From Mobula hypostoma (taxonomy: Eukaryota): 64,000 bases of DNA. The position numbers and the translations under genes were made by a program. Positions 47,740 through 59,994 of the stretch are shown here, one piece after another. Within the stretch, counting starts at the first letter, position 1. Each line of letters opens with the position of its first letter. Where the stretch lies: positions 10,106,001-10,170,000 of the forward strand of contig NC_086108.1 of the NCBI RefSeq assembly GCF_963921235.1, read 5' to 3'. The notes beneath the pieces were generated by a model. That model was not told the DNA's origin. It did not search any database and saw only the letters and a program-made list of their open reading frames with translations.

Positions 47740-48300
47740 CACAAGATGCTGGAAATCCAAAGCAACATACAAAAATGCTGCAGGAACTCAGGAGATCACA
47801 CAGCATCTCTGGAAAAAAGTAAACATTCGGGGTTTTGGACTGAGACCTTTCTTCAGGGCTGAGAAGGAAGAGAGGACTGCAGAATATAAAGATGGAGGGG
47901 AGAGGAGAAAGAGGCTAGCTAGAATGTGATAGGTGAAGCCAGGTGGGTGGGAAAGGTTAAGGGCTGGAGGGGAAGGAATCAGATAAGAGCGAAGAATGGA
48001 CCATAGGAGAAAGAGGAGGAGGGGACCCAGGGGGAAGTGATAAGCAGGTGAGAAGAGGTAAAAGGACACAGTAGAGAATAGAAGAAGAGGAGGTGGGGAT
48101 TATTTTTACCGGAAGGAGAAATCGATATTCATGCCTTCAGGTTGGAGGCTTCCTAGACAGAATATGAGGTGCTTCTCCTCCACCCAGAGGGTGATCTCAT
48201 CTTGTCACAAGGGTGGGCCATGGATGGACACATCGGAACTGGAATGGGAATGGGAATTAAAATGTTTGGCGGATGGAGTGGAGCTGCTTGGCGAAGCGAA
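47740..48300 (-). mobile_element. Penelope-like 3' fragment
   Basis: Minus-strand GIY-YIG end (CAACCTGAAGGCATGAATATCGAT) and a decayed hammerhead at about 47828-47859. Confidence 0.8.
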
Positions 48301-49597
48301 TGATTGACGTTTTCCCTGTGATTGTGGGCATTGGTAATGTAGAATACTGGAAGTACAGTTCACTGGCTCAGTTGACAGTGGTGGTGGGGGGCGGTGGGAG
48401 ATGTGTTGCCTCTGCTGTTGCGCAGACCAGGCCCTCAGACCACAGAGACACCAGCTGCAGCCACCCAGGGGAGGTGACGCCGAGACAGTGTGGGGGAGAG
48501 TAGAGGCCTCTGTGGTGTGTGCTGGAATCTGTACTGAGTTTGGGGCTGGACCTTCCCATTTGTACTGCCTCCAGTGTTCGCTCAGTAGAAGACAAGCTGG
48601 ACCAGGACATCATCAATCTATTATTTTTGTGACTATGTTTTTCTGCTCTCATAATGTGCTGCTGGTACTGTTCTTTGTACCTTGGCCCAGAGCTACACCA
48701 TTCCTTTTGGCTGCATCCATGTGTTTGGTTCAATGACAATTAAACTTGAACGTGAACTTGAGTTAGTGGTCAGGTTAAGGTTTAGGGACAGAGATGTGGG
48801 TGAATCAAAGGACAGGTTAGAGCCTAAGCCTCTGCTCCGTATTCGAGGGTCAGTGACGTAGGTATGGTCGGTTATTGGGCCCGCAGACCAGCGAAGACTG
48901 GCTGTCCAGATTGGAGTTCCACACTGGCAGAAAAAGGAATCCCCCAGGTACGCGAATTGCAAGACAGGTGTCCGGGGTCCCATCAGTGGTGAATCCAGAG
49001 CCCCAGGCTCTGAATTTCGGGTCCTCACTCACTGTCATCGGCGAGTCCTGACAATAACGAAGATCAGAGCCCGCAGACCGATCGAGAGTCCAGAGATCAA
49101 GGCCTGATGGCGAGCTCTGGGTCTGTGGATCTTTGCGAAACCACCGGGGAAGTCGAAGGCTCAATGTCTGCAAATCCATGAGCCTGCTGGAGGCTGGAGG
49201 CCGAAGACGGCCTGTCCCAGGGTTTGGGGACTGTGTACGTGCATGTGTGGGAAGGTCTGAGGGAGAAACGCGACTTCATTATGTTGCTGTTGCTTTGTCA
49301 CTTGCTGTGTTCTGTATTGTTCTGCTGAGTACTGTGGGTACGCTATGTTGGCGCCAGAATGTGTGGTGACACTCACAGGCACGTCCCTAGCTGTGTTGGT
49401 TGTTAACACAAACGATGCACTTCACTACATGTTTCAATGTACATGTGATAAATAAACCTGAATCTGAACCTCAAGTACTCCTTAAGTTCTATCAGTATTA
49501 TTCCCTTTGATCTTTCCTGCAGCTTTGGGTTTCTGTTCAATTCCCTGATTAATTCTGCTTCTACCACCTGCCTTTAATCTTTTGCCCCAAAAAAATT

Positions 49598-49915
49598 GAA
49601 ATATGTGCCCTCTAGTTCTTAAAACACTGGCTAAGGGCAATATTGTGTCTCTGCCTACTCATCAGACTGCTGAGTTCCTGGGTATCAGACCATTCTCTCC
49701 CAGAAATATGTGTTCCCCCAATCCTTGAAACACTGACAAAGGACAATATTGACCCTCTGTCCCCCTGTCTGACTGCTGGGTTCATGGGTATCAGACCATT
49801 CTCCTGGAAATATGTGGTCCCCGGTCCTTGAAATGCTGACAAAGGCAATACTGTCCTCTGTCCACCCGTCGGACTGCTGCGTTCCAGGGTGTCAGATCAT
49901 TCTCACCTGGGAAAC
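49598..49915. repeat. Diverged tandem repeat, ~104-105 bp x3
   Basis: GAAATATGTG at 49598, 49703 and 49807, with recurring GACTGCTG.GTTC..GGGT.TCAGA.CATTCTC. Confidence 0.85.
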
Positions 49916-50604
49916 TATCCACTGGGAGTTCTTGTGCACTGGCTCCAGGAAAGCTCATTACCCACCAGGGTGAAATTGCTCTATAATTACTCTGGTATTA
50001 TGCGGGACTGAAGCATAATTTCACCTTAAAGGATAAGATCATCTGTTCAATTAGAAGATGTTCTTTCCCTGATAACAAAAATAATTGGCACTTGCAAATT
50101 GCAATCATAGAGACGCGTCAATGCCACTCTAATAGGTACAACAGATTCCAATTCACAGCGGACATACACGAATCCATCAGTAACATTCTTGGTGTTCTGT
50201 GCTAATGAATATGTTCGCTCCAGCTTGGCTGATTCATCTTTTAACATAGTTGAGGCACATGCAAATGACAAGATACAAATGCCTGATCAAGCCTTTAAAT
50301 TAATAATGTAGATATATTGCATGCTTTCACACGAGATGCTTCATGCAATATCAAACCTAATTATTTTCTGCCCAGGCACGTCTGCTTGAATGGGCTGGGA
50401 GTCAATAGAAGCAGCTGTCTGCTATTTTTATGAGATTCCTCCCTGAGCAGAACATAAAGGTTTCTGCATGTGCTGAGGGAAGGAACAGAGTGGTGGTATT
50501 TACGATTCTTGCAATGCGTTTTGCATCTTTTCCCTACGTCCCAGGTCAGATGATTGCCGGCGGTGAGGAAGGCAAATACAATTTTAGCATTTGTTTTGAG
50601 AGAA

Positions 50605-51435
50605 CAACAAGGATGTTGTGATGAGGATTTATGAGGCATTGGTCAGACCACATTTGGAATATTGCAAGCAGTTTGGGGCACCAATGATATGCTGGCATTG
50701 GAACTTCCAGAGGAGGTTCATGAGAATTATCCTAGGAATGAAAGGGTTAATGTATAAAGAGCTTTTGATGGCTTTGGGCCTGTGCTCACTGGATCTTAGA
50801 AGTATGAGGGGGAAGATCTCATGGAGAACTATTGAATATTGAAAGGTCTAGGTCAGGGGTTCCTAACCTAGGCTTCTATAATGGTACAGTTGATGTTTTG
50901 GGCTGAGACCCTTTAGCAGGAAATGTTGACTGTACTCTTTTCCATAGATGCTGCCTGGCCTGTTGAGTTCCTCCAGCATTCTGTGTGTGTTGCTTGGACT
51001 TCCGGCACCTGCAGATATTCTCTTGTTTGTCTTGTGTGTGTCCAGTTATGGCATTGGTCCATGCATGCAAAAGGTTGGGAAGTCCTGGTCCAGACAAAGT
51101 GGGTGTGGAGAACTTATTTCCTATAGTTGGAGAGTTTAGAACCAGAGGGCACAGCCTCCGAATAGAGGGTCACCCCTTCATATCAAAGGAGAAGAGGAAT
51201 TTCTTCAGCCAGAGAGTGGTGAATCTGTAGAATTCATTGCCACAGATGGCTGTGGAGGCCAGGTCATTGGGTATATTTAAAGTGGAGTTTGACAGGTTCT
51301 TGATTAACTGGGGTATCAAAGGGCAAGGGAAAAAGGCAAGAGAATAGGGTTGAGAAGGATAATAAATCAGCCGTGATTGAATGGTAGCTGGACTACGTTA
51401 GGACAAATGACCAAATTCTGCTCCTGTATCTTACG
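50605..51435 (+). mobile_element. Old CR1 3' fragment containing a hAT MITE (50854-51087) that itself holds an inverted Penelope pLTR pair
   Basis: ALVRPHLEYCKQFGAP. MITE TSD GTCTAGGT/GTCCAGAC. Penelope pieces at about 50883-50920 (-) and 50920-51030 (+). Confidence 0.75.
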
Positions 51436-51481
51436 GTGCTCAGAGTGAGTGAGTCAGCAGGCAATTGCCCACGACCTGGAG

Positions 51482-51561
51482 CAGGAGTCCCCAACCTTAT
51501 TTATGTGACGGAGCCTTCCCATTAACCGAGGGGTCCGTGGAGCCCAGGATAGGAACCCCTA
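51482..51561. mobile_element. 80-bp hAT MITE
   Basis: CAGGAGTCCCCAACC...AGGAACCCCTA with TSD ACCTGGAG/ACCTGCAG. Confidence 0.8.
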
Positions 51562-51748
51562 ACCTGCAGCAGCACACAATCTGCTGGAAAAGCTCAGCAT
51601 CTGCAGGAGGTTCACAAGGATGATCTTGGGAATGAAAGAATCAACGTATGAGAAACATTTGATGGCTCTGGGGCTGTACTCACTGGAATTTAGAAGAATT
51701 GGGGGGGGGGGTATCAAGGAAAGCTATTGAATGTTGAAAGGTCTAGAT

Positions 51749-51831
51749 CAGAAGTTCCCAACTTTTGGGGTCCACATACCCCTTGCTTAACGGTGTTGGC
51801 CCACGGTAATAAAAAAAGTAGGGAATCACTG
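51749..51831. mobile_element. hAT MITE in a CR1 fragment (about 51600-52230)
   Basis: Perfect 8-bp TSD GTCTAGAT at 51741-51748 and 51832-51839. Confidence 0.85.
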
Positions 51832-53054
51832 GTCTAGATTGAGTGGATATGGAGAACATATTTCCTATAGTGGGGGAGTTTAGGACCAGAGGGCACAGCC
51901 TCGGAATACAAGGACAGAGTTGAATAGGAGAGTGGTGAATCTGTGGAATTTGTTGCCACAGATGGCTGCGGAGGCCAAGCCATTGTAAAGTGGAGGTTGA
52001 CAGGTTCTTGGTTAGTTAGGGCATCAAAGATTACGGGAAGGAGGCAGGACAATGGGGTGAGAGGGATAATAATGTCAATGGGAAGAGGCAGGTTAAATGG
52101 TTTGGCATGGACTAGATGGGCTAAAGGACCCATTTCCGTGCTGTACTTTTCTATGACTCTAAATTGGCCATGATGGAATGGTGGAGAAAACTCAATGGGA
52201 CGAATGGCTCCTATGTCTTATGGTCTTATAATTCACAGAAGAGGACAGGCAGAAACCATGTGACGGGCAATATAATAGGGACAAATACAACAATCTTTTC
52301 AAAGCCTTGTGATTACCGGAGAATGGTGAAGCAAGTAAGAATCTGAGTCTAGTTTCACAGTGGATCAGAGGCTTCCACACAAAGAGACAGGCACAATTCC
52401 CATACGGACTTGTTAAATCAGGTCTCTGTATCTCAGGAGCTCCGATGATCTGCCGAAAGTAAACTTACCATTTACACATTACTCATCGCATCTTTTAAGA
52501 GAAAATTGTATAACAGGTCCTTCAGGAGCAGGCTGGCCCAGGAGGGGATTCATTTGAGAGTTAGCACACACGGAATGCTAGAGAAACTTAGCAGATCAGG
52601 CAACATCAACTGAGCACACGCAAAACACTGGAGTGATTAGCTGGAGAATGTTTGAAAGGTTCAAAGGTTCATTGATTATCAAAGTATATGTACTGTATAC
52701 AATTCTATAATTCATCTTCTCCAGATAGCCATGAAACAAAAAAAGTCATGGAGTTGTTCAAAGAAAAACACCAACTCCACCCTCACACACAAAAAAAAAC
52801 AAATCAACTTTTCAATTCTGAACCCCTCATGTGAAAAAAAAAACATCGTGCCCAATGGCAACAAGAAAGAACAGGCAAAAACACAGAATATATATAAAAA
52901 AAAGCTGAAAGAGTGCAATTTGAACAACAGTCCACGGTCCATAAATCCATAAACCGCAGAATTTCTGGCTGAGTGAGTAGGTGGGAATGATCTGAGATTA
53001 ATTCTAGCACTGGGGAGAGTGGGCAGTGTGATTTGATGAACAAGAGTGAGTCTG

Positions 53055-55045
53055 TGGGTGCTGGAAACCCAAAGCAACACACACAGATGCTGGAGAAACT
53101 CAACAGATCAGGCAGCATCTGTGGAGAGGACTGTAAAGGAACGGGGAAAATCTCCAGAATAAAATGGCGGGGGAGGGGGGGAGGAGGAGGAGGCTAGCTA
53201 GAAGGTGACAGGTGAAGCCAGGGAAAGGTAAAGGGCTGGAGAAGAAGGAAATTTATAGGAAAGGAGAGTGGACCATAGGGAGAACGGAAGGAGGGGAGGC
53301 ACCAGGGAAGGTGATAGGCAGATGAGAATAGGGGTCAGTACCAGGGTGCTCAAAGCCTGTGCCCCTCAGCTATGTGGAGTACTTCGCCATGTATTCAACA
53401 TGAGCCTGAGGCTCCGGAGGGTTCCTGTGCTGTGGAAGACATCCTGCCTCATCCCTGTGCTGAAGACGCCGCGCCCCAGTGGCCTCAATGACTACAGACC
53501 GGTGGCATTGACCTCCCACATCATGAAGACCCTGAAGAGTCTTGTTCTGGAGCTGCTCCGGCCTATGGTCAGGCCACATTTAGATCCCCTCCAGTTCGCC
53601 TACCAGCCCTGACTAGGAGTTGAGGATGCCATCGTCTACCTGCTGAACCGTGTCTACGCCCACCTGGACAAGCCAGCGAGCACTGTGAGGGTCATGTTTT
53701 TTGACTTCTCCAGTGCGTTCAACACCATCCGCCCTGCTCTGCTGGGGGAGAAGCTGACAGCGATGCAGGTGGATGCTTCCCTGGTATCATGGATTCTTGA
53801 TTACCTGACTGGCAGACCACAGTACGTGTGCTTGCAACACTGTGTGTCTGACAGAGTGATCAGCAGCACTGGGGCTCCACAGGGGACTGTCTTGTCTCCC
53901 TTTCTCTTCACTATTTACACCTCGGACTTCAACTACTGCACAGAGCCTTGTCATCTTCAGAAGTTTTCGGATGACTCTGCCATAGTTGGATGCATCAGCA
54001 AGGGAGATGAGGCTGAGTACAGGGCTACGGTAGGAAACTTTGTCACATGGTGTGAGCAGAATTATCTGCAGCTTAATATGAAAAAGACTAAGGAGCTGGT
54101 GGTAGACCTGAGGAGAGCTAAGGTACTGGTGACCCCTGTTTCCATCCAGGGGGTCAGTGTGGACATGGTGGAGGATTACAAATACCTGGGGATACGAATT
54201 GACAATAAACTGGACTGGTCAAGGAACACTGAGGCTGTCTACAAGAAGGGTCAGAGCCGTCTCTACTTCCTGAGGAGACTGAGATCCTTTAACATCTGCC
54301 GGACGATGCTGAGGATGTTCCTCGAGTCTGTGGTGGCCAGTACTATCATGTTTGCTGTTGTGTGCTGGGGCAGCAGGCTGAGGGTAGCAGACACCAACAG
54401 AATCAACAAACTCATTCGTAAGGCCAGTGATGCTGTGGGGATGGAACTGGACTCTCTCACGGTGGTGTCTGAAAAGAGGATGCTGTCCAAGTTGCATGCC
54501 ATCTTGGTCAATGTCTCCCATCCACTACATAATGTACTGGGTGGGCACAGGAGTACATTCAGCCAGAGACTCATTCCACCGAGATGCAGCACAGAGCGTC
54601 ATAGGAAGTCATTCCTGCCTGTGGCCATCAAACTTTACAACTGCTCCCTTGGAGGGTCAGACACCCTGAGCCGATAATCTGGTCCTGGACTTATTTAATA
54701 ATTTACTGGCTTAATTTACATATTACTATTTAGCTATTATTACTATTTTTCTATTACTATTTATTATTTCCATGACTATTACTATTTACTGTTTACTAAT
54801 AGTAGTATTACTATTACTATTTATTATTTATGGTGCAACTGTAACAAAAAACAATTTCCCCCAGGATCAATAAAGTATGACTATGACTATGACTTAAGAG
54901 ACCAGAGTGGGGAATGGAAAAAGAGGGGAAGGGAAGGAATTTTTTTTATCAGAAGGAGAAATCAATATTCATGTCATCAGGTTGGAGGTGACACAAATGG
55001 AATATGAGGAGCTCCTCCTCCCCCCTGTGGATGGCCTCATCCTCA
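53055..55045 (-). mobile_element. Penelope-like 3' fragment split by the Rex1/Babar LINE
   Basis: 53055-53330 and 54894-55045 join into the same layout as 47740-48300. Confidence 0.7.
53331..54893 (+). mobile_element. Young 5'-truncated Rex1/Babar LINE, RT frame broken by one stop
   Basis: NDYRPVALTSHIMK...DPLQFAYQP* (TGA at 53610), then in frame RVMFFDFSSAFNTI, GAPQGTVLSP, QKFSDD to 54677. (TATGAC)n tail. Confidence 0.93.
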
Positions 55046-55875
55046 GAGTAATTTGGTTTTGACTGGTGGGGTGAGGATAGTTTGGTGGATATCTGGGACT
55101 TTTCTGCAGAAAGTCAGTACAGACAATATGGGAAATCACCAGTAGATCTTTCCAAATACACCCGAGACCATGGGTGCTGGAACTAGGGGCAGTGGAGAGC
55201 CTGCTGGAGGAATTGAGTGGGGGGAGAGGAATTCCTCAACGCCTTGTCGTGAGGTCCTGTATCAGGATTCAGAATCAGAATCTGATTTCATATCACTGAC
55301 ATTTGTTGTTTTGAGGAGCAGTGCAGTGAAGTATATAAAATATACTGTAAATTACAATAAGAAATATATATATAAATTAATTAAGTAGTGCAAAAGGCGA
55401 GCAAAAAAGAGTGAGGTAGTGTTCATGGACCATTCAGAAATCTGATGAAATGTTGAGTGTGTGTCTTCAAGCTCTTGTACCTCCTCCCTAATGGGAGGAA
55501 TGAGAAGAGGGCATGTCCTGGATTGTGGGAGTGGTCGTGAGGCTTTCTGTTTTGAAGATGTCCTCTATGCTGGGGAGCTTAGTGTCCAAGATGGAGCCGA
55601 CTGAGTCGACAATCCTCTTCTTTTCCAATCCTGTGCAGTTCCACCCCCTTCCCCAATACCAGGTGGTGTTACCAGCTTAGAATGCTCTCCAGGATACATC
55701 TGTAGGAATTTGCGGGAGCCTTTGGTGGCATACCTAATCTTCCTCAAACACCTAATGAAATACAGCCGCTGTCAAGCCCTCTTTGTAATTGCATCAATAT
55801 GTTGGGCCCAGGATAGATCTTCAGAGATGTTGACACCCAGGAACTGGAAACTGCTCCTCTTTTCCTGAGGAGTTT

Positions 55876-56295
55876 TAGTTGTCATGGTAGGTGGTCATGG
55901 TAGAACTGGCAGCTCCTTGGATTGAGGAGACGTTGGAATGTAAGAAAGCCAAATACCGGGAGCTGGTAGAGTGGTGCCAGAGACAGGGGCGGAAGGCACA
56001 ATGCCAGCCTATAGAGGTGGGGTGTGGAGGTTTTGTTGGCTGCTTGCTGTGCACAACCTACTCTCTCCTTGGCTTTACAGGGGCTGCAAAGAAAGGAGCC
56101 ATCAGGACTGTCACAGAGACTGCTGAGTAAGCCTCCAGATGGCGATGGACCAGTGCTGCTGGGACACAAGCAGGGGCCCGATCAACCCTGGCTGGGTCGT
56201 CTGGGCCAGGGTGCCTGATGTTGAAAGACCCGATACTCCCAGTGACCTCAGGTTACCTCATTGTTGATGTGTCCCACTGCATCCTAGGATGCATC
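55876..56295 (+). mobile_element. HERO/NeSL-like non-LTR retrotransposon 3' fragment (restriction-like endonuclease end)
   Basis: VMVELAAPWIEETLECKKAKYRELVEWCQRQGRKAQCQPIEVGCGGF resembles the ELTVPWE...RKxxKY...EVGCRG signature. Confidence 0.75.
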
Positions 56296-57274
56296 TCAGT
56301 GTTAGTTGTCATTTCAAATGAAATTTGAGGTGGAACCAGCTGGCCCATGTAACAGGCCTTTGCCAGGTTTTCTGGACTGTGCAATTAATAACTCCTCCAC
56401 GAGGATCACAACCATGTTGTGGCTTGGAGGCTTTTGTGCCTCAGTGTCCTGGAGAGCTATACTGGCTGGAATCAGGGCTTTACGTTTTAGCTCTTGGTAA
56501 GGTCACGGGGTAGAGGAGAGACCAATCTTCCAGATTCAGGGGTTCAACCTTGACTGGTAAATGAATATTGTTATGGAAAGAGTAATGAAGAATCCTTCTG
56601 AGTGGGGTGGTATTCCTGAGTCTCCACCTAGAACTTGCATGGCTGACTGGGGTGAAAATCGAGAGGAAGCTACTGACATGATGAAGGAAGTCCTGAACAC
56701 CACCAAAGATGGAGGTCCTTCATTGCTGCCCTAAACACCAGCGGCGTAACAGGCAGTAAGTAAGCAAGCAAGTAATTAATTAATAAATGGAGATGTATTC
56801 CAGAGTTTTATGAGTGTATAATCAGCATCTGATGTTTATCACTCCAGTAAATAGCCTTCTTTCTCAGCATTATCCATCTTCATGTTATTATAATCAAAGC
56901 AATTCCCATCATTTCTTGCTCAAAATTGGTTTCCAAGAGCAAAGCAAAGATTTGTACGCATCAAAAGAGATGTTGGTTGAATATAATCAGCTGTTTTTCA
57001 AGAAGGTAAATGTTGGCTTATGGTCTTCTGGGAAAGTGGAAACATTTGTAACGTATCAAGAATCCAACACCAATTATTACAGTTCCAGCTTTTCTCCTCT
57101 CACTGAGTATCCGAGAATCCCTCATCGCTTTGGTAGTTTTGAGAAAGAAAAGTTACTTAGATTGAAGATTTTACGGGGCTTATAAGAAGACGCATCCTTT
57201 CTTTAGTGCTTTTGCTACTGCCAGATCTTATCCAAAGAATAAGAAGATGGACCATAGATATTGCATCCTATCTG

Positions 57275-58410
57275 TCTAGATACACCAGCCAGAGCAGTAC
57301 AATATGGAGAGTAAGCTGTTGCCCTTGCAGCAAGCTCCCCCTCTCCACACATCTGATGAATCCAAAGGTGAGCACTGGCAATATCTCGACCCTGGTGCAA
57401 ACTCCCCATGAAGAGACGGAAACAAAGGGTTAGACGTAGGAATACCTACAGAGCATCAGAGGCACAATCGAGCAATAACATGTGAGGAATCATTCTCTTC
57501 AAATACACAGGAATATTCTGCTTACAGAGCACAACTAGAGTCCCCTTTAAATAATCATAGAACGCAGGAAACCCTTGTCAATCATAATCAATCCGACAAG
57601 ATCAAACAGAAAGCACCAGGGCTTAATGACTCTAACAATTAGTCAGTACAGGTGCTCGAGAAACCCTGAAGCCCAAATCTCTATGGCAAGCCACAGAGGT
57701 CTGCAAGGCCCATGACAGGAAGACCGCAGAGACTGACACAGTTTGGTATCAGCAGTGTCACAGGAATTGCCAGTCAGCGTTGAACTCAATGTAGGACTGC
57801 CTTAGGGACTCCAGCTTTGGATTTTCCCTCAGGGTTTACTCTCAAAGCCTTCCCCATGAGTGTGTATAGCAGAAGTCTGAGATCAGGGTTTTCCTTCTCC
57901 CAGATGAGCTGCCAACCATGGCTGATGAGCCCCATCTGCCCAAAGCGACTGGTTTTAAGGCCTTTGGCCCTTCTCCTGTCAGTAGAAACTGTTCCGCCAG
58001 GCTTAATAGCTAAGCCACATGTGAAGCCCAGGAGCTGGACTTGGTTGTCAGAAGCTATTTGAGATGTACACCATTGGAAGCATTTAATAAATAATGGAAG
58101 CTTATCCCCACTAGCCACCCCCCCCCCAATTATAACACCGTTAAACAACCAGTAAGAAGCTGGAACTAACTGACATACGAGATACATCATCCACAGTGTT
58201 GAACAATATGTAGTGTTGGCCAGAAAGAACTCCAGTCTACAAATTAGTGAATTTGAATGAATCAAGGAAGCAGACAGACAAATTGACTTTGTTCTTGCCA
58301 TGAAGTTGAAGGAATGGAGGCTGCCATTTTGTGAAGCTGCTCTGTGTCCTCCATTTTTTGAACTGGTTCTGCATGGCTGGATTGGTATTTTAAAGAAGAC
58401 ACAATGCGGC
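57275..58410 (-). mobile_element. Inverted copy of the 46690-47485 element, interrupted by an LTR fragment (about 57390-57717)
   Basis: Reverse-complement match to both modules. The insert matches about 18390-18735 and ends CATGACA. Confidence 0.75.
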
Positions 58411-58500
58411 TCCAGGTAATCTGCAGGACTAGACATCATTTCCAAATAAGAAGTTATTTGTGAAGTGGTCTTTGGTGTGACAAAACATGCAGGTTTGAGA

Positions 58501-58620
58501 AGGGTTCCGGCCCGAAACGTCGACTGCTCTTTTCCACTGATGCTGCCCGACCTGCTGAGTTCCTCCAGCGTGTTGTGAGTGTTGCTTTGACCCCAGCATC
58601 TGCAGATTATTTTGTGTTTA
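58501..58620 (+). mobile_element. Penelope pLTR fragment truncated within the hammerhead
   Basis: AGGGTTCCGGCCCGAAACGTCGACT...GATGCTGCCCGACCTGCTGAGTTCC. The CTGA box is absent. Confidence 0.75.
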
Positions 58621-58999
58621 TGAGAATGTTAGGGCCTGTGTCTGCCCTGAGTGATTTGAGCTGGTTAATGGTTTGGTAAGCGACTTAGACATAAATGACC
58701 AGTTGCCATTTGCAGAAGAGGGCAATAAATGGATACTGGCTTGGACTAGAGCCGATAAAAAGGTGACACGGGTCAGTCAAATGACATCAAGCTAATGATA
58801 TTGAAATATAACTTTTGAACTGGTAAGGGCAGTGAGAGGGTTTGAATGTGAGGCAGCGTCAACCCTGAAGAATAACTGTCATAGACACGGGTATGAGCAA
58901 TCCCATGTCAGACATGTTGGGATTAGATCTGGACTACGAGGAATGCCTGGCCAGCATAGACTCCTTTGCTCAAGTATTTCCTTTTCTATCAGAGTCACA

Positions 59000-59565
59000 G
59001 AGTCTGAGAACAGAATCAGGCCCTTCAGCTCATCTAGTCTGTGCCAAAACCATTGAAATTGCCTAGTCCCACTGGCCTGCAGTGGGTCCATAGCCCTCCA
59101 TATCCCTACCATCCACGTACCAATCCAAATTTCTCACACTTTGAAATCATGCATTACTTGTGGTGGCAGCTCAATCCACACCACTCTCTGAGTGAAGAAA
59201 TTTCCCCTTATGTTCCCCTTAAACCTTTCACCTTTCGCGATTAACCCATGACCTCAGGTTGTAGTCCCACCTGACCTCAGTGGGAAAAGGCTGCTTGCAC
59301 TTACCTTATCTATACTCCTCATGATTTTGTACACCCCTATCAGATCTCCCCTCAAACTTCTGCATTACAAGGAATAAAGTCCTACCCTATTCAGTCTTTC
59401 CATATAACAAAAGGGCCTCCAGACCTGGCAACATCCTTGTAAATTTTCTCGGTACACTTTCAATCTTATTTACACCTTTCCTGTAGGCAGGTGACCAAAA
59501 CTGTACATAATATTCCAAATTAAGCCTCACCAACATCTCACACAAATTCAACATAACATCCCAAT
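59000..59565 (-). mobile_element. Old CR1 3' fragment
   Basis: GGTGACCAAAACTGTACATAATATTCCAAAT and TATCAGATCTCCCCTCA match the reverse complement of the CR1 ORF2 end. Confidence 0.75.
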
Positions 59566-59994
59566 ATTCTTTGGCTCTTCAGAAAAGTCAGGGAAACCTA
59601 GTGGCTGTGCACACTGATAGTTAATTTATGAATTTAGTTGAGACAATAAAGACATTTGTCAGTAAATGCAGATTTTCTCTGTGCCCAACTGGCCATTGTT
59701 ACTGAGTGGTGGTCAATGTTACTGAGTGGTGGTAGCCCTTGTTCGCAGTCATTTGTGCAGTGTTCAATAGCAACCAGGAATTGTGGGATGGAAGAGCAGA
59801 TTAAAGTTAAATGAAATGACCTCAGTGTAACATCTGCATTACCCAGCTCAGTGTTTGTTTTACTCCTTGAAACGCTTCATCTGTTCAAAGATGAGATTAA
59901 ATGTTTTTTTTCTCGGAGATGAATGTGAGCCTTTGGAACTCCCTTCGATTAGATTAGCTTGCTGTCGTGTATGAAAGGTACAGTGAAATTCCTT

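Noticed and set aside
52239..52334. 96-nt AG...GTAAGA candidate exon (KRTGRNHVTGNIIG...)
   Set aside because: The acceptor lies against a CR1 tail with a weak pyrimidine tract, and the peptide is not recognisable.
56814..57185. 123-aa ORF in unique AT-rich DNA
   Set aside because: GTG start, no recognisable motif and no convincing splice boundaries.
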